The notes: generated from the sequence alone by a model not told the origin. 64,000 nucleotides of DNA from Candidatus Micrarchaeia archaeon (GCA_038886535.1 JAVZXS010000002.1:1-64000); one strand, 5' to 3'; positions 1-10,198 are shown, counted from the stretch's first letter. Numbers and translations: made by a program.

Positions 1-1
1 A

Positions 2-1408
2 ATAGGAAAGAGTGAAGAAGGAGTTGAGAATTCACTTCAAAAACTTAACAAATTCATCAAAGAAAAGCATTCTTTTGAGGAAAGAATCAACAAGATAGGC
101 GAAATGCTTAATAAACTAAAAAGAGCTGGAATCTTTAACAAGGAAACATATGAATCATTCATAGATGAATTAAAAAGAATGCAGGAATTAGAAGAGCAAA
201 TAGTTAAAACAATAGAATCCATAATAAAAGAGACAGAAGTTACAAAAGAGAAAAAACCATCAACTGAAACAATTAGAGAAAAATTGTCTAAATTAGCAGA
301 CAAAATAAGAAAAGAAATCTCTCTCCTACAGAGTCTTGCAAGCAGGATTGAAAAGATTAGAATAGAATTAGAAAAACAAACAGAAAAACAGATCTTAAAA
401 GAGGTTAGGGAATCAAAACCAAAACTGATTTCTATTCAGAATCTTGAAGCCATATTGACAAAAGTATGGATAAATTCTGTTATTGAGTTCATCGCAGATA
501 AACTGATTAAGATCAAAGCAGGAAGAAGAGAGGAAACAGAGGGAAGAAGAAGAGCAGGGAGAAAAGAAGTAAAAGAAGAGAGATACTGGGAAGACAGACT
601 GAAAGAGGTGGAAAAAGAAAGAAATGCTGATTTTGAAAGATTCAATAGAAAATTAAGAACTATGTTCAAACCAGAAGAATATAAAGAAATAGCAAAGCAT
701 GCAAAGAAAAGTATCGTTGCATTTCTCAGGGGAATTGCAAATAACTGGTCTGAGCGATGGTTAGAACCGTTAGAATCAATAGAAGATATAAGAGGAATTA
801 AGATCGAAGAAAAAGGACTAAATATAATAATAGAAACTTTAAAGAGGAGGATCTCTTTCATTTCTATTTCTTCTTATGATATTCAAACAATGGAAAGAAT
901 AATAAAAGAGAATCCTGATGCAACGAATACACTAAATGCACTCATTGATTACATGGATGAAATAAGGATAAATGGAGTATTTAGAAAGATCCTTGTGAAA
1001 AACATAAGAAAATATAAAAACGGAGCAAAGCCATTGCTTTTTAAGAATTTATTGAATGAGTTGAATACAGTTAACATTCCCATCCAAATAAGCAACAGCT
1101 TCATCCAGGAAGCGACAAGGGATAAGAAAAACATGACTGAGAAAGATAAGGAAGAAGAAAAAGTAAGAGGGAGTGAAACTAAAGAGAGTAACGAAATAGA
1201 TGATATAGTGAAGTTCATAGTCTTTTATGTCTCGCTTCTTAATATGAGAAAAACAAGAATCAGGAGCATTCTTTCTCAAATCAGTGATGAAAAAGATCAA
1301 AGAAAAGAGATCGCAAAATTATATGCTAAACAGTGTGCTTTGATAAGATTTTATTCTTCAATCACCCTTTCAGAACTTAAACAACATACATTAGATTTGC
1401 AGTTTTAG
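2..1408 (+). CDS. Hypothetical Lys/Glu-rich coiled-coil protein, 5'-truncated by the window edge
   Basis: The frame of ORF 104..1408 is open back to base 2; charged helical composition; no recognised motif. Confidence 0.7.
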   Translation: MGKSEEGVENSLQKLNKFIKEKHSFEERINKIGEMLNKLKRAGIFNKETYESFIDELKRMQELEEQIVKTIESIIKETEVTKEKKPSTETIREKLSKLADKIRKEISLLQSLASRIEKIRIELEKQTEKQILKEVRESKPKLISIQNLEAILTKVWINSVIEFIADKLIKIKAGRREETEGRRRAGRKEVKEERYWEDRLKEVEKERNADFERFNRKLRTMFKPEEYKEIAKHAKKSIVAFLRGIANNWSERWLEPLESIEDIRGIKIEEKGLNIIIETLKRRISFISISSYDIQTMERIIKENPDATNTLNALIDYMDEIRINGVFRKILVKNIRKYKNGAKPLLFKNLLNELNTVNIPIQISNSFIQEATRDKKNMTEKDKEEEKVRGSETKESNEIDDIVKFIVFYVSLLNMRKTRIRSILSQISDEKDQRKEIAKLYAKQCALIRFYSSITLSELKQHTLDLQF

Positions 1409-1455
1409 CCATTATTTGCTTCGTTCCAGATAAAGTTATTAAATCCGGTGTAAAG

Positions 1456-3633
1456 ATGAGTAAAAAGAGACTCAGTAAACAGCAAAATACAAATGAACAA
1501 AACAGGAACGAAAAGACATATATGGATAGAAATGAAAACGCTAGAAATGAGAGTAGCCCAGATAGAAATGAAAATATAGATAAGAACAGCGAGATAAATA
1601 CTATAAATAAAGAAAGAGATAAAATTAGGCATGGCTTTCTGAATGAGTTTTTGATTAAGTTTCTGAAGAAATACAATATCCCGTTTCACTCATTTTATAT
1701 AGAACCTTCTGAATCTGAGAGTAAATTCAAGACTGATTTGAAAAGAGTAGGTCAAGAAAAGTTAGAGAAGATCGTACAAGAGAACAATGCATATCTCTCA
1801 ATTTTAGAAACGCTGATAGAAAATATAATATCCGATGATGATGCAGAGACAATAAAATATACTTTTAACTATGGAATTCTTGATATTGATGCAAGATTTA
1901 AAGACGGAACCACCCCTCTTTTTAAGGCTTGCGTATTGGGCAAATATAAAGTTGCAAAACAGCTAATTAAATTAGGTGCGGACGTTAATCTCACATCTGA
2001 AGGTTACACTCCATTATCTATTGCTTGCGGCGCTAATCATATAGAAATAATCAAACTTCTTCTTGAAAATGGAGCTAAGGTCAATTTCACTGAGCAGAAG
2101 ATTACCCCGCTTGAAGTGGCAATAGCACAAAATAATGTAGAAATAGTTAAAATTCTGCTTGATAACGGTGCAGATCCAAACCTTTTTTGCCTGCGACCGC
2201 CTTTATTTGCAGCTTGTGAAAGTGGAAACAAGGAAATTATCAACCTACTTATAAGTCATGGTGCAAACATGAATATTCTTTATGCTCCATTCAGACCTAT
2301 CAACGTAGATAATACAATTTCTCTTTTGTCATATATGGTATACCTAGCAAAAGAAGATGTGATCAAATTACTTATTGATCATGGAATAGATCTCAATATT
2401 AAAAATGGAAATGGAATGACAGCCTTATCATATCTCTCTGTTCAATCTTACAGATATCTTAATGATAACACTATAAAAACATTGATTAAAAATAGGACAA
2501 CTCTACCATCAAAAGAAGAATATAAAATCATGTTATTTAGGATCGCAAAAGAATTGATTAAGGCAGGAGCAGACATCAATAGTGAAGATAACGATGGTTG
2601 GACGCCGCTAATGTTTGCTTGTAAATATGGTGAAGAACAACTTGTAAAATTATTTTTGAAAGCAGGTGCAGACCCTAATCATCGTTCAAAAGCAGGAACA
2701 ACTCCACTATCTATAGCTGCAGTTAATAATCAGATAGGTGTAATAAGGTTTTTAATCGAAGCAGGTGCAGATCCAAATATAACAAGTTCAACTGGAAAGA
2801 CACCATTAATAAAAGCAACCGAAAAAGGTTATTTAGAAGCAGTGAGAACTCTCATAGAGAACGGTGCAGATCTCGATATTAGAGATGAAGAAGGCAATAC
2901 TGCATTGTCTTATGCTATGATAGCACGAAGAAAAGATATAATAAGGCTCTTACTAAAGAACAAAGCAAACCCCAATGTAAAAATAAGCCGATCTCTTACT
3001 TTAAAAGAGCTGCTTAAAGAAGGAATACCTTTATTTATTGCTGAAAATTTAAAGAAATACGGATTTGAAGAGAATAGTAAAATAAAGATCAGTTTTTCAT
3101 GTTTGAGTTTTGCATTATTTCAAGGTGACATAGATATTATCGAGTCTCTCCTTGAAAACGGTGCAGATGTGGAGCTGATTGACAACGGCTTAACTCCTTT
3201 AATGATAGCAGTTTTATCAAACAAAAAAGAAATTGTAAAATCGATTTTAAAATATAAACCAAACATTAATGCAAAAGGCATATCAAACATCACAGCCATG
3301 CATCTGGCAGCGATGAAGAATAAAGATTCAGACATAATTGACCTTTTGATAAATTATGGTGCAGATATAGAAGCAAGGGATTCGGCTGGTTTGCCCCCTA
3401 TCGTATATGCTATTCAGAGCAATAATACAAATGCAGCTAAGGCTTTAATAAAGTACGGGGCAAAAACAAACTTTAAATTTCCAGATGGTCGCAGCTTATT
3501 TGTTTATGCTGTGCAAAATAAATTTTCAGATATTTCTCTTATTTCAGGAGGAGATGATATCGAACCAATTGCATTAGATTTTAAAGAAATAACAAAGGAA
3601 AAAAGTAAAAGAAGCATTAAGAAGAAAGGCTGA
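1456..3633 (+). CDS. Ankyrin repeat protein (about 15 repeats) with Asn-rich N-terminus
   Basis: Repeated TPLxxA...vklLl.xGAdvN units (TPLFKAC, TPLSIAC, TPLEVAI, TPLMFAC, TPLIKAT, TPLMIAV etc.). Confidence 0.95.
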   Translation: MSKKRLSKQQNTNEQNRNEKTYMDRNENARNESSPDRNENIDKNSEINTINKERDKIRHGFLNEFLIKFLKKYNIPFHSFYIEPSESESKFKTDLKRVGQEKLEKIVQENNAYLSILETLIENIISDDDAETIKYTFNYGILDIDARFKDGTTPLFKACVLGKYKVAKQLIKLGADVNLTSEGYTPLSIACGANHIEIIKLLLENGAKVNFTEQKITPLEVAIAQNNVEIVKILLDNGADPNLFCLRPPLFAACESGNKEIINLLISHGANMNILYAPFRPINVDNTISLLSYMVYLAKEDVIKLLIDHGIDLNIKNGNGMTALSYLSVQSYRYLNDNTIKTLIKNRTTLPSKEEYKIMLFRIAKELIKAGADINSEDNDGWTPLMFACKYGEEQLVKLFLKAGADPNHRSKAGTTPLSIAAVNNQIGVIRFLIEAGADPNITSSTGKTPLIKATEKGYLEAVRTLIENGADLDIRDEEGNTALSYAMIARRKDIIRLLLKNKANPNVKISRSLTLKELLKEGIPLFIAENLKKYGFEENSKIKISFSCLSFALFQGDIDIIESLLENGADVELIDNGLTPLMIAVLSNKKEIVKSILKYKPNINAKGISNITAMHLAAMKNKDSDIIDLLINYGADIEARDSAGLPPIVYAIQSNNTNAAKALIKYGAKTNFKFPDGRSLFVYAVQNKFSDISLISGGDDIEPIALDFKEITKEKSKRSIKKKG

Positions 3634-3721
3634 ATGATATGATGAATATCTAAACCTATCATCTATTTGCTTAAAAGTAAACATCTCTTAAAAACAGATA
3701 AAAAAACTTTAGAACTAATAG

Positions 3722-3757
3722 TGGACTTATAAAGTTTGGACTTAATTTTTGGACTTA
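3722..3757 (+). repeat. Three copies of TGGACTTA in the intergenic region upstream of the toprim-dnaG genes
   Basis: Copies at 3722-3729, 3737-3744 and 3750-3757. Confidence 0.7.
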
Positions 3758-3877
3758 ATAAAAAGCTAATTGTATAAATTTACTAAAAGAAATAGAAAGG
3801 TTTAAAAATAAGTGTGGCTTAATGATATTAAAGTGCAATATTATCAGCATGGCTGTTGAGTAGCCTAAAATCCGAAC

Positions 3878-4366
3878 ATGAAAACCGAAGTTGTCAAACA
3901 AAAGCTAAAGACGCTTAAACGGGTGCTTGAGCACCTTAATACCTCTAGAGTAATAGTTCTCGTAGAGGGTAAACGTGATATTCATGCTCTTAGAAATTCA
4001 CATTTCTATGAAGGAGAGATTATACAAATATCAAACAGAAAGCCGCACGAACTTGCGCAGCTTTTGCTTGGCACTGAAAAGACTGTTGTAATACTTACAG
4101 ATTATGATGATGCTGGCGAGCAGCTTCTTGAAAGGTTTGCAGATGAATTATCTGCAAATAATATAACTGTGGACGTTACAACACGAAAGTCTCTGCGTTG
4201 GATTTTAGGCATAAATACAATAGAGGAAATCTCAACTGCTTACGCTGATTTTGTTGCACGTGTTACATGTGCACAGCACGAATTGTGCTTGACTGAGGAA
4301 TTATTAATTCCTATTAAAAGTCAGGAATTAGTAATTCTGAATAAGGACAATTCAAGGGTGCACTAA
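3878..4366 (+). CDS. Small TOPRIM-domain protein (RNase M5/UPF0292-like)
   Basis: VLVEGKRD and ILTDYDDAG TOPRIM motifs; lies upstream of dnaG as in many archaea. Confidence 0.85.
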   Translation: MKTEVVKQKLKTLKRVLEHLNTSRVIVLVEGKRDIHALRNSHFYEGEIIQISNRKPHELAQLLLGTEKTVVILTDYDDAGEQLLERFADELSANNITVDVTTRKSLRWILGINTIEEISTAYADFVARVTCAQHELCLTEELLIPIKSQELVILNKDNSRVH

Positions 4367-4409
4367 AGACAATAAATAATCATTCATTAGTGCATCGATA
4401 GGTGATAAA

Positions 4410-5678
4410 ATGGGAAAGATTTACATAGATACTGTTAAATATGTGATTCATGCAAATGTTGAGATAACGGGTTTAGTAGAAAAACCAGACGTAGTTGGAG
4501 CTATATTCGGTCAAACCGAGGGATTGCTAGGTGAAGAGCTTGACTTAAGAGAATTACAGAAAAATGGAAGAATTGGAAGGATAGAGGTCAATCTTCAACC
4601 GAAAGGAAATAAATCAGTTGGAACAATAGAAATCCCTTCAAGTTTAGATCTTGTTGAGACTTGTATTATTGCCGCTGCACTTGAAACAGTTGATAGAGTA
4701 GGGCCATGTGAGGCATACATAACAGTTCAGAGAGTGGAAGACACTAGAAATATAAAGAGGAAAAGAGTAGTTGAAAGAGCAAAAGAACTTGTAAAGAAAA
4801 TGATCACTACAGAGATACCAGAGAGAAAAGAACTTTCAGAACTTGTTCGTGCAGAGGTAAAAACAGCAGAGATCTCTTCTTATGGACCTGAGAAGTTACC
4901 AGCTGGTCCGAACATAGAATCTGCAGACTCAATAATACTTGTTGAAGGAAGAGCTGATGTAATAAACTTATTAAAGAATGATATAAACAACGTAATTGCA
5001 ATAGGTGGAGCAAATGTTCCAAAATCTATAATTGATCTATGTAAGAAGAAAGAAGTAACACTCTTTGTAGATGGAGACAGAGGTGGAGAGATAATAATGA
5101 AGGAAGTGCTAAATAGTTGTGAAGTTGATTATATAGCAAGAGCTCCTACTGGAACAGAGGTAGAAGAACTAACAAGGAAAGAAATTCTTAAGTCATTAAG
5201 ATCAAGAGTTCCAGTCGAGCAGGCAGACACACTAAAGAGGAGAAAGGAAGAAAGCAGCTTTGAGCAGCAGTATAGGTCAGTTATTTCAAAAGAACCATCG
5301 ATTCAACCGATTCAGCCAACTCAACCGATGAAACAGGAAGTAATTACTCAACAGACAAAAACAGAAGAACAAGAAGCTTCAATTCCAACAGGAATTCCTG
5401 AGATTATACAATCAGAGCTTAATTCCCTTGAAGGTTCTTTAAAAGCTAAATTTTATGATGAACAGATGAATGTAATAGGAGAAGTTCCAGTAAGAGATGT
5501 AACAAAAGCATTGCAAGAAGCAAAAGGAGTTTCTACAGTTATATTGGATGGAATAATAACTCAAAGACTTGTTGATTTAACAGAAACTCTTAATATAAAA
5601 ACAATAGCAGGAATTAAAATGGGCAACGTATTTAGAAAACCACAGAACCTTCAAATTTTCGTAAAACAACAAGTTTAA
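4410..5678 (+). CDS. dnaG: Archaeal DnaG-like primase / exosome-associated protein
   Basis: KPDVVGAIFGQTEGLLG..LDLRELQKNGRIGRI, VEGRADV, DGDRGG, DGIITQRL. Confidence 0.97.
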   Translation: MGKIYIDTVKYVIHANVEITGLVEKPDVVGAIFGQTEGLLGEELDLRELQKNGRIGRIEVNLQPKGNKSVGTIEIPSSLDLVETCIIAAALETVDRVGPCEAYITVQRVEDTRNIKRKRVVERAKELVKKMITTEIPERKELSELVRAEVKTAEISSYGPEKLPAGPNIESADSIILVEGRADVINLLKNDINNVIAIGGANVPKSIIDLCKKKEVTLFVDGDRGGEIIMKEVLNSCEVDYIARAPTGTEVEELTRKEILKSLRSRVPVEQADTLKRRKEESSFEQQYRSVISKEPSIQPIQPTQPMKQEVITQQTKTEEQEASIPTGIPEIIQSELNSLEGSLKAKFYDEQMNVIGEVPVRDVTKALQEAKGVSTVILDGIITQRLVDLTETLNIKTIAGIKMGNVFRKPQNLQIFVKQQV

Positions 5679-5721
5679 TTTTCTATTTTTAATTTCTGTT
5701 TTTATTTTTTTATTTTCTTTT

Positions 5722-6753
5722 TTATTTATATTTGAATCTTAATATACCTGCTATTCCTCCAAATTTTTGCAGTTTTTTCCAGGGTTCTTCTCCAGATGTG
5801 AAAACAGTAATTTCCACTCCTTTTTCTTTAGCTTGGTCAAGAATCTCAGGATTATTTCTTGCATATTCATCTAATATATATAGTTCCCCAAGTGCCCCAT
5901 ATTGGTTTGCCTCATCAACTTCTTCTCTTCCTTTTACTACTAGACCACTATTTCTTCCCAGTTCAGTCATTAATTTTTCAATCTTTTCAAATTCTTGTGA
6001 AATTCTATCTTCTTTCATTATTTGCTTGACAGTTCCACTTTTTATAAGTTCATAAACTCCACTTTTTTCTGCTGTGCTTGTATGTTCAATTGTAATATTC
6101 TTCAATAATTCTGGGTGTTTGTTTTTTATATAATTTCTAAAAGACTCTGCAGTAAAACCTGGTCCGGCAACGAGTACACGTTTCGAGTTCTGAATAACTT
6201 TTACAAGTTCTGCAAAATATTTGTTTATCTTTTCTTCATAAGCATCATCTCTTTTAGAAGTTCTACTTTCAAGTTCAAAATCAAACTCAACTCCATAACT
6301 TCTTAACGTTGCTACATTAGCTATTTTGTCATCCATTACAATTATTTTTAATATAGGTCTTTTACTACTTTTTTCAGCATCTTTTATTCTATCTAGTTCA
6401 TAAGTCGTCCATTTTTCTTTTTTTATTTTATATTGATATCCTACTTCGAAATCAATAGTATGGTGGCTTCCTTTTTGGACATATTCTTCTGGAGTTCCAG
6501 ATAAAATAATACCCATAACTCTTAATATATTTGCATTTTTATGCAATTCTGTCCTTTCAACTTTCAATTCGATTGTAACCTCTTTTTTTTCGCCAGATTC
6601 TCCCTTTTCTCCTTCTGATCTAAATCTTCTTATAGTTTTTCCAATAACAATATCTCCAGGATTTATTATCTTCATAAGATGCCATAAATCCTCGAAATTT
6701 TCTGGTTCTATTTTCATTTCACTGTTTCTCGTATCGAATTTAATTATTTTCAT
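5722..6753 (-). CDS. pelA: mRNA surveillance protein Pelota
   Basis: PENFEDLWHL, GSHHTI, AGPGF, C-terminal FGGIAGILRF. Confidence 0.96.
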   Translation of the reverse strand: MKIIKFDTRNSEMKIEPENFEDLWHLMKIINPGDIVIGKTIRRFRSEGEKGESGEKKEVTIELKVERTELHKNANILRVMGIILSGTPEEYVQKGSHHTIDFEVGYQYKIKKEKWTTYELDRIKDAEKSSKRPILKIIVMDDKIANVATLRSYGVEFDFELESRTSKRDDAYEEKINKYFAELVKVIQNSKRVLVAGPGFTAESFRNYIKNKHPELLKNITIEHTSTAEKSGVYELIKSGTVKQIMKEDRISQEFEKIEKLMTELGRNSGLVVKGREEVDEANQYGALGELYILDEYARNNPEILDQAKEKGVEITVFTSGEEPWKKLQKFGGIAGILRFKYK

Positions 6754-6793
6754 ATTAATCAGTTTATTAATCAGTTTTCATATTAATCAGTTT
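6753..6793 (+). repeat. Three copies of TATTAATCAGTTT next to the pelota start codon
   Basis: Copies at 6753-6765, 6765-6777 and 6781-6793. Confidence 0.8.
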
Positions 6794-6909
6794 TTATATT
6801 AACTAATCTATATATAATATTTAAATATTTAATCGATGTATTAAATTTACAGATTGCTATGTTTCTATTGGTTGCAATCTAAACAATATATAACTACTAG
6901 AGTGATTTT

Positions 6910-7926
6910 ATGGATGCAAAGAGAATAACATTACTATCTTTGATTATTTTGTTGGGGTTGGTGTTTCTTTCGGGATGTACATCAACTAAGAAATGTAAAT
7001 TAGATTCTGATTGTGGAAGTTGGCAGATATGCAACAATTCAAAATGTATCGCAGCCGCTGGATTCTGTGATTCAAACAATGACTGTGCAGCTCATGAGCA
7101 ATGCAATGCAAAAACACATACTTGTGTAGTAAGAACGGGTATGTGCAATACAAATGCAGATTGTCCAGATTGGCAGGAATGCGACACTGCAACGCATGAA
7201 TGCAAAGTTAGGTTAGGCTATTGTATTGACAGCACTTACTGTACTAAGGATTATGAGGTTTGTGATTCAACAACCCACCTTTGTACTCCAAAAGAAGGAA
7301 GATGTAACAATGATTATGATTGTGCAGGATGGCAGCTTTGCAATACAACAACAAATATGTGCTATCCTAGAGCCGGATACTGCTTTACAAGGCTTGACTG
7401 CAATCTTTGGGAAGAATGTGATGAAAGAACAAACAAATGTAAAGTCAGAGAAGGATACTGTGCAAATGATGGAAACTGTCAGAAGTGGCAGATATGCAAT
7501 TTGACTACCCATAGGTGTGAAGTAGCTCCAAAGTTCTGTGATTCTGATGCCCAATGTGAGTCCTGGCAGTATTGTGTTTTATCAACTCACCAGTGCACTG
7601 CAAGAAAAGGATACTGCAGCTCAACATCAGATTGTGCTGGAGGATATTCTGGTTACGAAACATGTGACCCTGAAACACACAAATGCATAGTTACAGCGGG
7701 AAGATGCGCAAGTGATTCCGATTGTAAGAATTGGGAATATTGTGACTCTACAAGTAAGGTATGCAAAGTGAAGTCAGGATACTGCAATTCGAACAACGAT
7801 TGCGAAAGGTCACAGGCATGTGACACTTCAATCCACAGGTGCTATAATCTGTACTGCGTCACAGATGCAGATTGCGACTCGGGTTACAAATGTTCCTTTG
7901 TAACTAGATCTTGTTATAAAGTTTAA
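6910..7926 (+). CDS. Cys-rich repeat lipoprotein (12 four-Cys repeats of about 26 aa)
   Basis: Hydrophobic signal with lipobox-like FLSGC; repeats C-x2-D-x-DC-x2-W(Q/E)-x-C-x3-T-x2-C-x4-G(Y/F). Confidence 0.9.
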   Translation: MDAKRITLLSLIILLGLVFLSGCTSTKKCKLDSDCGSWQICNNSKCIAAAGFCDSNNDCAAHEQCNAKTHTCVVRTGMCNTNADCPDWQECDTATHECKVRLGYCIDSTYCTKDYEVCDSTTHLCTPKEGRCNNDYDCAGWQLCNTTTNMCYPRAGYCFTRLDCNLWEECDERTNKCKVREGYCANDGNCQKWQICNLTTHRCEVAPKFCDSDAQCESWQYCVLSTHQCTARKGYCSSTSDCAGGYSGYETCDPETHKCIVTAGRCASDSDCKNWEYCDSTSKVCKVKSGYCNSNNDCERSQACDTSIHRCYNLYCVTDADCDSGYKCSFVTRSCYKV

Positions 7927-7975
7927 TTTTTTCTTTTTTATTTCTTATTTTATATTTAGGAATTTTGGGGATTTA

Positions 7976-8452
7976 ATGCTAAATGAGTCAGTATCATTTC
8001 TCATGCAAAACCTATCCGATCCATTAGTTGTTTCATTTATTCTTGGGGCTTTACCTGTTTCAGAAGTTAGAGGCGCAGCAATTTACGCTTTCTCAATTAA
8101 TAATCCAGCTTTTATCTTACCTGCTATAGTATCCAATATATTAGTATGTCCTTTAATTTTATTGCTTTGGGATATATTAAAGATACAAAAAATAGGTGAA
8201 TTTATTCTTGGTAAGTCACTTGATAATAAATTACATAAATTTGCAAAGGCCTACGAAAATCAAGGTATGTTGGCTTTGATAATATTTATAGGTCTTCCAT
8301 TCCCAGCTACAGGGGTTTATACTGGAACACTGCTAGCAGAGATTTTAGGTATTAAACGAAGTAAGATGCTATTAGGGTCTATTGTCGGTGTTTTTCTTTC
8401 TGCAGCTATAATGTACATTCTACTAAGTAATCTTTTTAGCTTATTTTTATAA
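7976..8452 (+). CDS. Small multi-drug export family membrane protein (COG2426-like)
   Basis: LPVSEVRGA and FIGLPFPATGVYTG motifs; several TM segments. Confidence 0.85.
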   Translation: MLNESVSFLMQNLSDPLVVSFILGALPVSEVRGAAIYAFSINNPAFILPAIVSNILVCPLILLLWDILKIQKIGEFILGKSLDNKLHKFAKAYENQGMLALIIFIGLPFPATGVYTGTLLAEILGIKRSKMLLGSIVGVFLSAAIMYILLSNLFSLFL

Positions 8453-8500
8453 ATCAATAAAATATAGAATAAATTAAAAATAATAAAATAAAAAAAGAAA

Positions 8501-9565
8501 TTATCCGCAGCTTCCACTTACGCTGCCAGTTTCACTGCTTAATGTTGTGCTGCAGGAGTTAGGCTGGGTTTCAAAAGCAGAGCATATGGTTTGTTTGTAT
8601 GCTTCTGCAGTTCTACTACCAGAATATTCAATATCGTTTATAAATAAAGTCGGTGAGCCCTGTACTCCATATTTCTGGTTAATAATGTATTCCTGCTCTG
8701 CATATTTCAATGCGTTCTCATTGTAACAGTTCTTTATAAGCTCTGTGTCTATTCCCTTGCTTTTCGCTATGTTTTCCCAGCAAGTGTCTACATTCTGGTA
8801 GTTACAAGAAGTGCTGACTGTTTTAATATAGTCTCTCCAAACAGAGTAATCATATTTCTCTTTTATGCACATCTGTCTTATGTCTTCATTTAATTCCTGA
8901 ACTCCATGCATTGAGCAGTATGTTTTATTCAAACAATATGCATCTTCTTGGCCAGAATAGTATTGTGCAGGATAGATCACATAATGGAGTTCAAATTCGA
9001 TTTTGTCTCCAAGTAAATCAGTAACTGGCCACATTGCGTTTTCTGCCTGTTGACCATATGGGCAGTAGCTCATCACAAATAACTTCACATTTGGCTTTTC
9101 AGATTTTGGAATTTCCTGCACTTGAGTCTGAGTGCCTTGGTTTGTTTGAGGGATGCTCTGACTCATGTTGTAAATTCCACCAACTATCATAAATTCTCCA
9201 TCATTAGTGACATAAACCTCTCCTTCGCTCAGTTTAGCGCCGTTTTGCATTATTTCAATCTGAAGAACAGATATTCCGTTTAATTGCGTTATGTTTTTAA
9301 CAACTGCATTCGCATTGTAGGATTTAAGGAAATTTTTATCAAGGTAATTTGCAACCTTTGTTGATAGATCTGCAGTACTCATCTCTATTCCATATTTTGG
9401 TTTTGATAATGATAGAAATGGTAGATCCCATGCATTCATTATTAAATAACCCACTAATGCATAACCCAATACCAAACCGAAAACAACTCCAATCACAAGG
9501 CTTGTGATAATGAGTTTTCTCTTACTTGTTTGGGCTACCTTTTCTTTTAACTTTTTAATAACCAT
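8501..9565 (-). CDS. Membrane-anchored thioredoxin-fold (DsbA/GILT-like) protein
   Basis: N-terminal TM; FVMSYCPYG, SMHGVQE, GVQGSPTLFIN (cis-Pro loop). Confidence 0.85.
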   Translation of the reverse strand: MVIKKLKEKVAQTSKRKLIITSLVIGVVFGLVLGYALVGYLIMNAWDLPFLSLSKPKYGIEMSTADLSTKVANYLDKNFLKSYNANAVVKNITQLNGISVLQIEIMQNGAKLSEGEVYVTNDGEFMIVGGIYNMSQSIPQTNQGTQTQVQEIPKSEKPNVKLFVMSYCPYGQQAENAMWPVTDLLGDKIEFELHYVIYPAQYYSGQEDAYCLNKTYCSMHGVQELNEDIRQMCIKEKYDYSVWRDYIKTVSTSCNYQNVDTCWENIAKSKGIDTELIKNCYNENALKYAEQEYIINQKYGVQGSPTLFINDIEYSGSRTAEAYKQTICSAFETQPNSCSTTLSSETGSVSGSCG

Positions 9566-9673
9566 TTTATCACCTAAAATTAGTTAAGTATGAGATATTA
9601 TTGTTATTATACATTGATAAATCTTTACTTTGATTATTATATTAACCTTATGTGGATAAAATCAGGTATCTAA

Positions 9674-10198
9674 ATGGATAGAAAGAATAAATCTAGTAAA
9701 ATTCAATTTTTGCCAGTTTACATTTCATTCATGTTTTTATGGAATCTAATCATATTCTTAACTCCTATTCTTTCTGTCAATAACTTGGAAATCTCTAAAT
9801 CGCTATTTACATTTTTCTCATTTTTTTGCCACCAGTTATTTGAAAGGTCAATTTGTATGAATAATAATATGGAAATAGGAAACTGCTCAGTATCAAACGG
9901 GTTTATATATCAATTTCCAGTCTGCGCAAGAGATATAGGTTTTTATTTCGGAATGCTAATTGGCGGAATTGTTATGTTAATTGCACGCAGAGGAGAAGAA
10001 AAAATGCCTAATTTATTATTCCTTTTGATTTTCATCTTACCTATGGCAATAGACGGTATTACACAATTATTGTATCTTAGGGAGAGCACGAATGAATTAA
10101 GGCTGATCACAGGATTTCTTGCAGGCATGATCATTCCATTTTATTTGATGCCTGTTCTAAATAGATTTTCTTTTAGGGGTGTTAAGAGTGAAAGATAA
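9674..10198 (+). CDS. DUF2085-like membrane protein
   Basis: CHQLFERS, FPVCARDIG, PMAIDGITQ, RESTNELRLITG. Confidence 0.9.
   Translation: MDRKNKSSKIQFLPVYISFMFLWNLIIFLTPILSVNNLEISKSLFTFFSFFCHQLFERSICMNNNMEIGNCSVSNGFIYQFPVCARDIGFYFGMLIGGIVMLIARRGEEKMPNLLFLLIFILPMAIDGITQLLYLRESTNELRLITGFLAGMIIPFYLMPVLNRFSFRGVKSER

Noticed and set aside
4359..4394. Inverted repeat TGCACTAA/TTAGTGCA between the toprim gene and dnaG
   Set aside because: Only 8 bp with a 20-nt loop; no further support for function
6986..7926. Regular repeats considered as a possible CRISPR array
   Set aside because: Repetition is at the protein level with divergent codons; no identical DNA repeats with unique spacers and no cas genes
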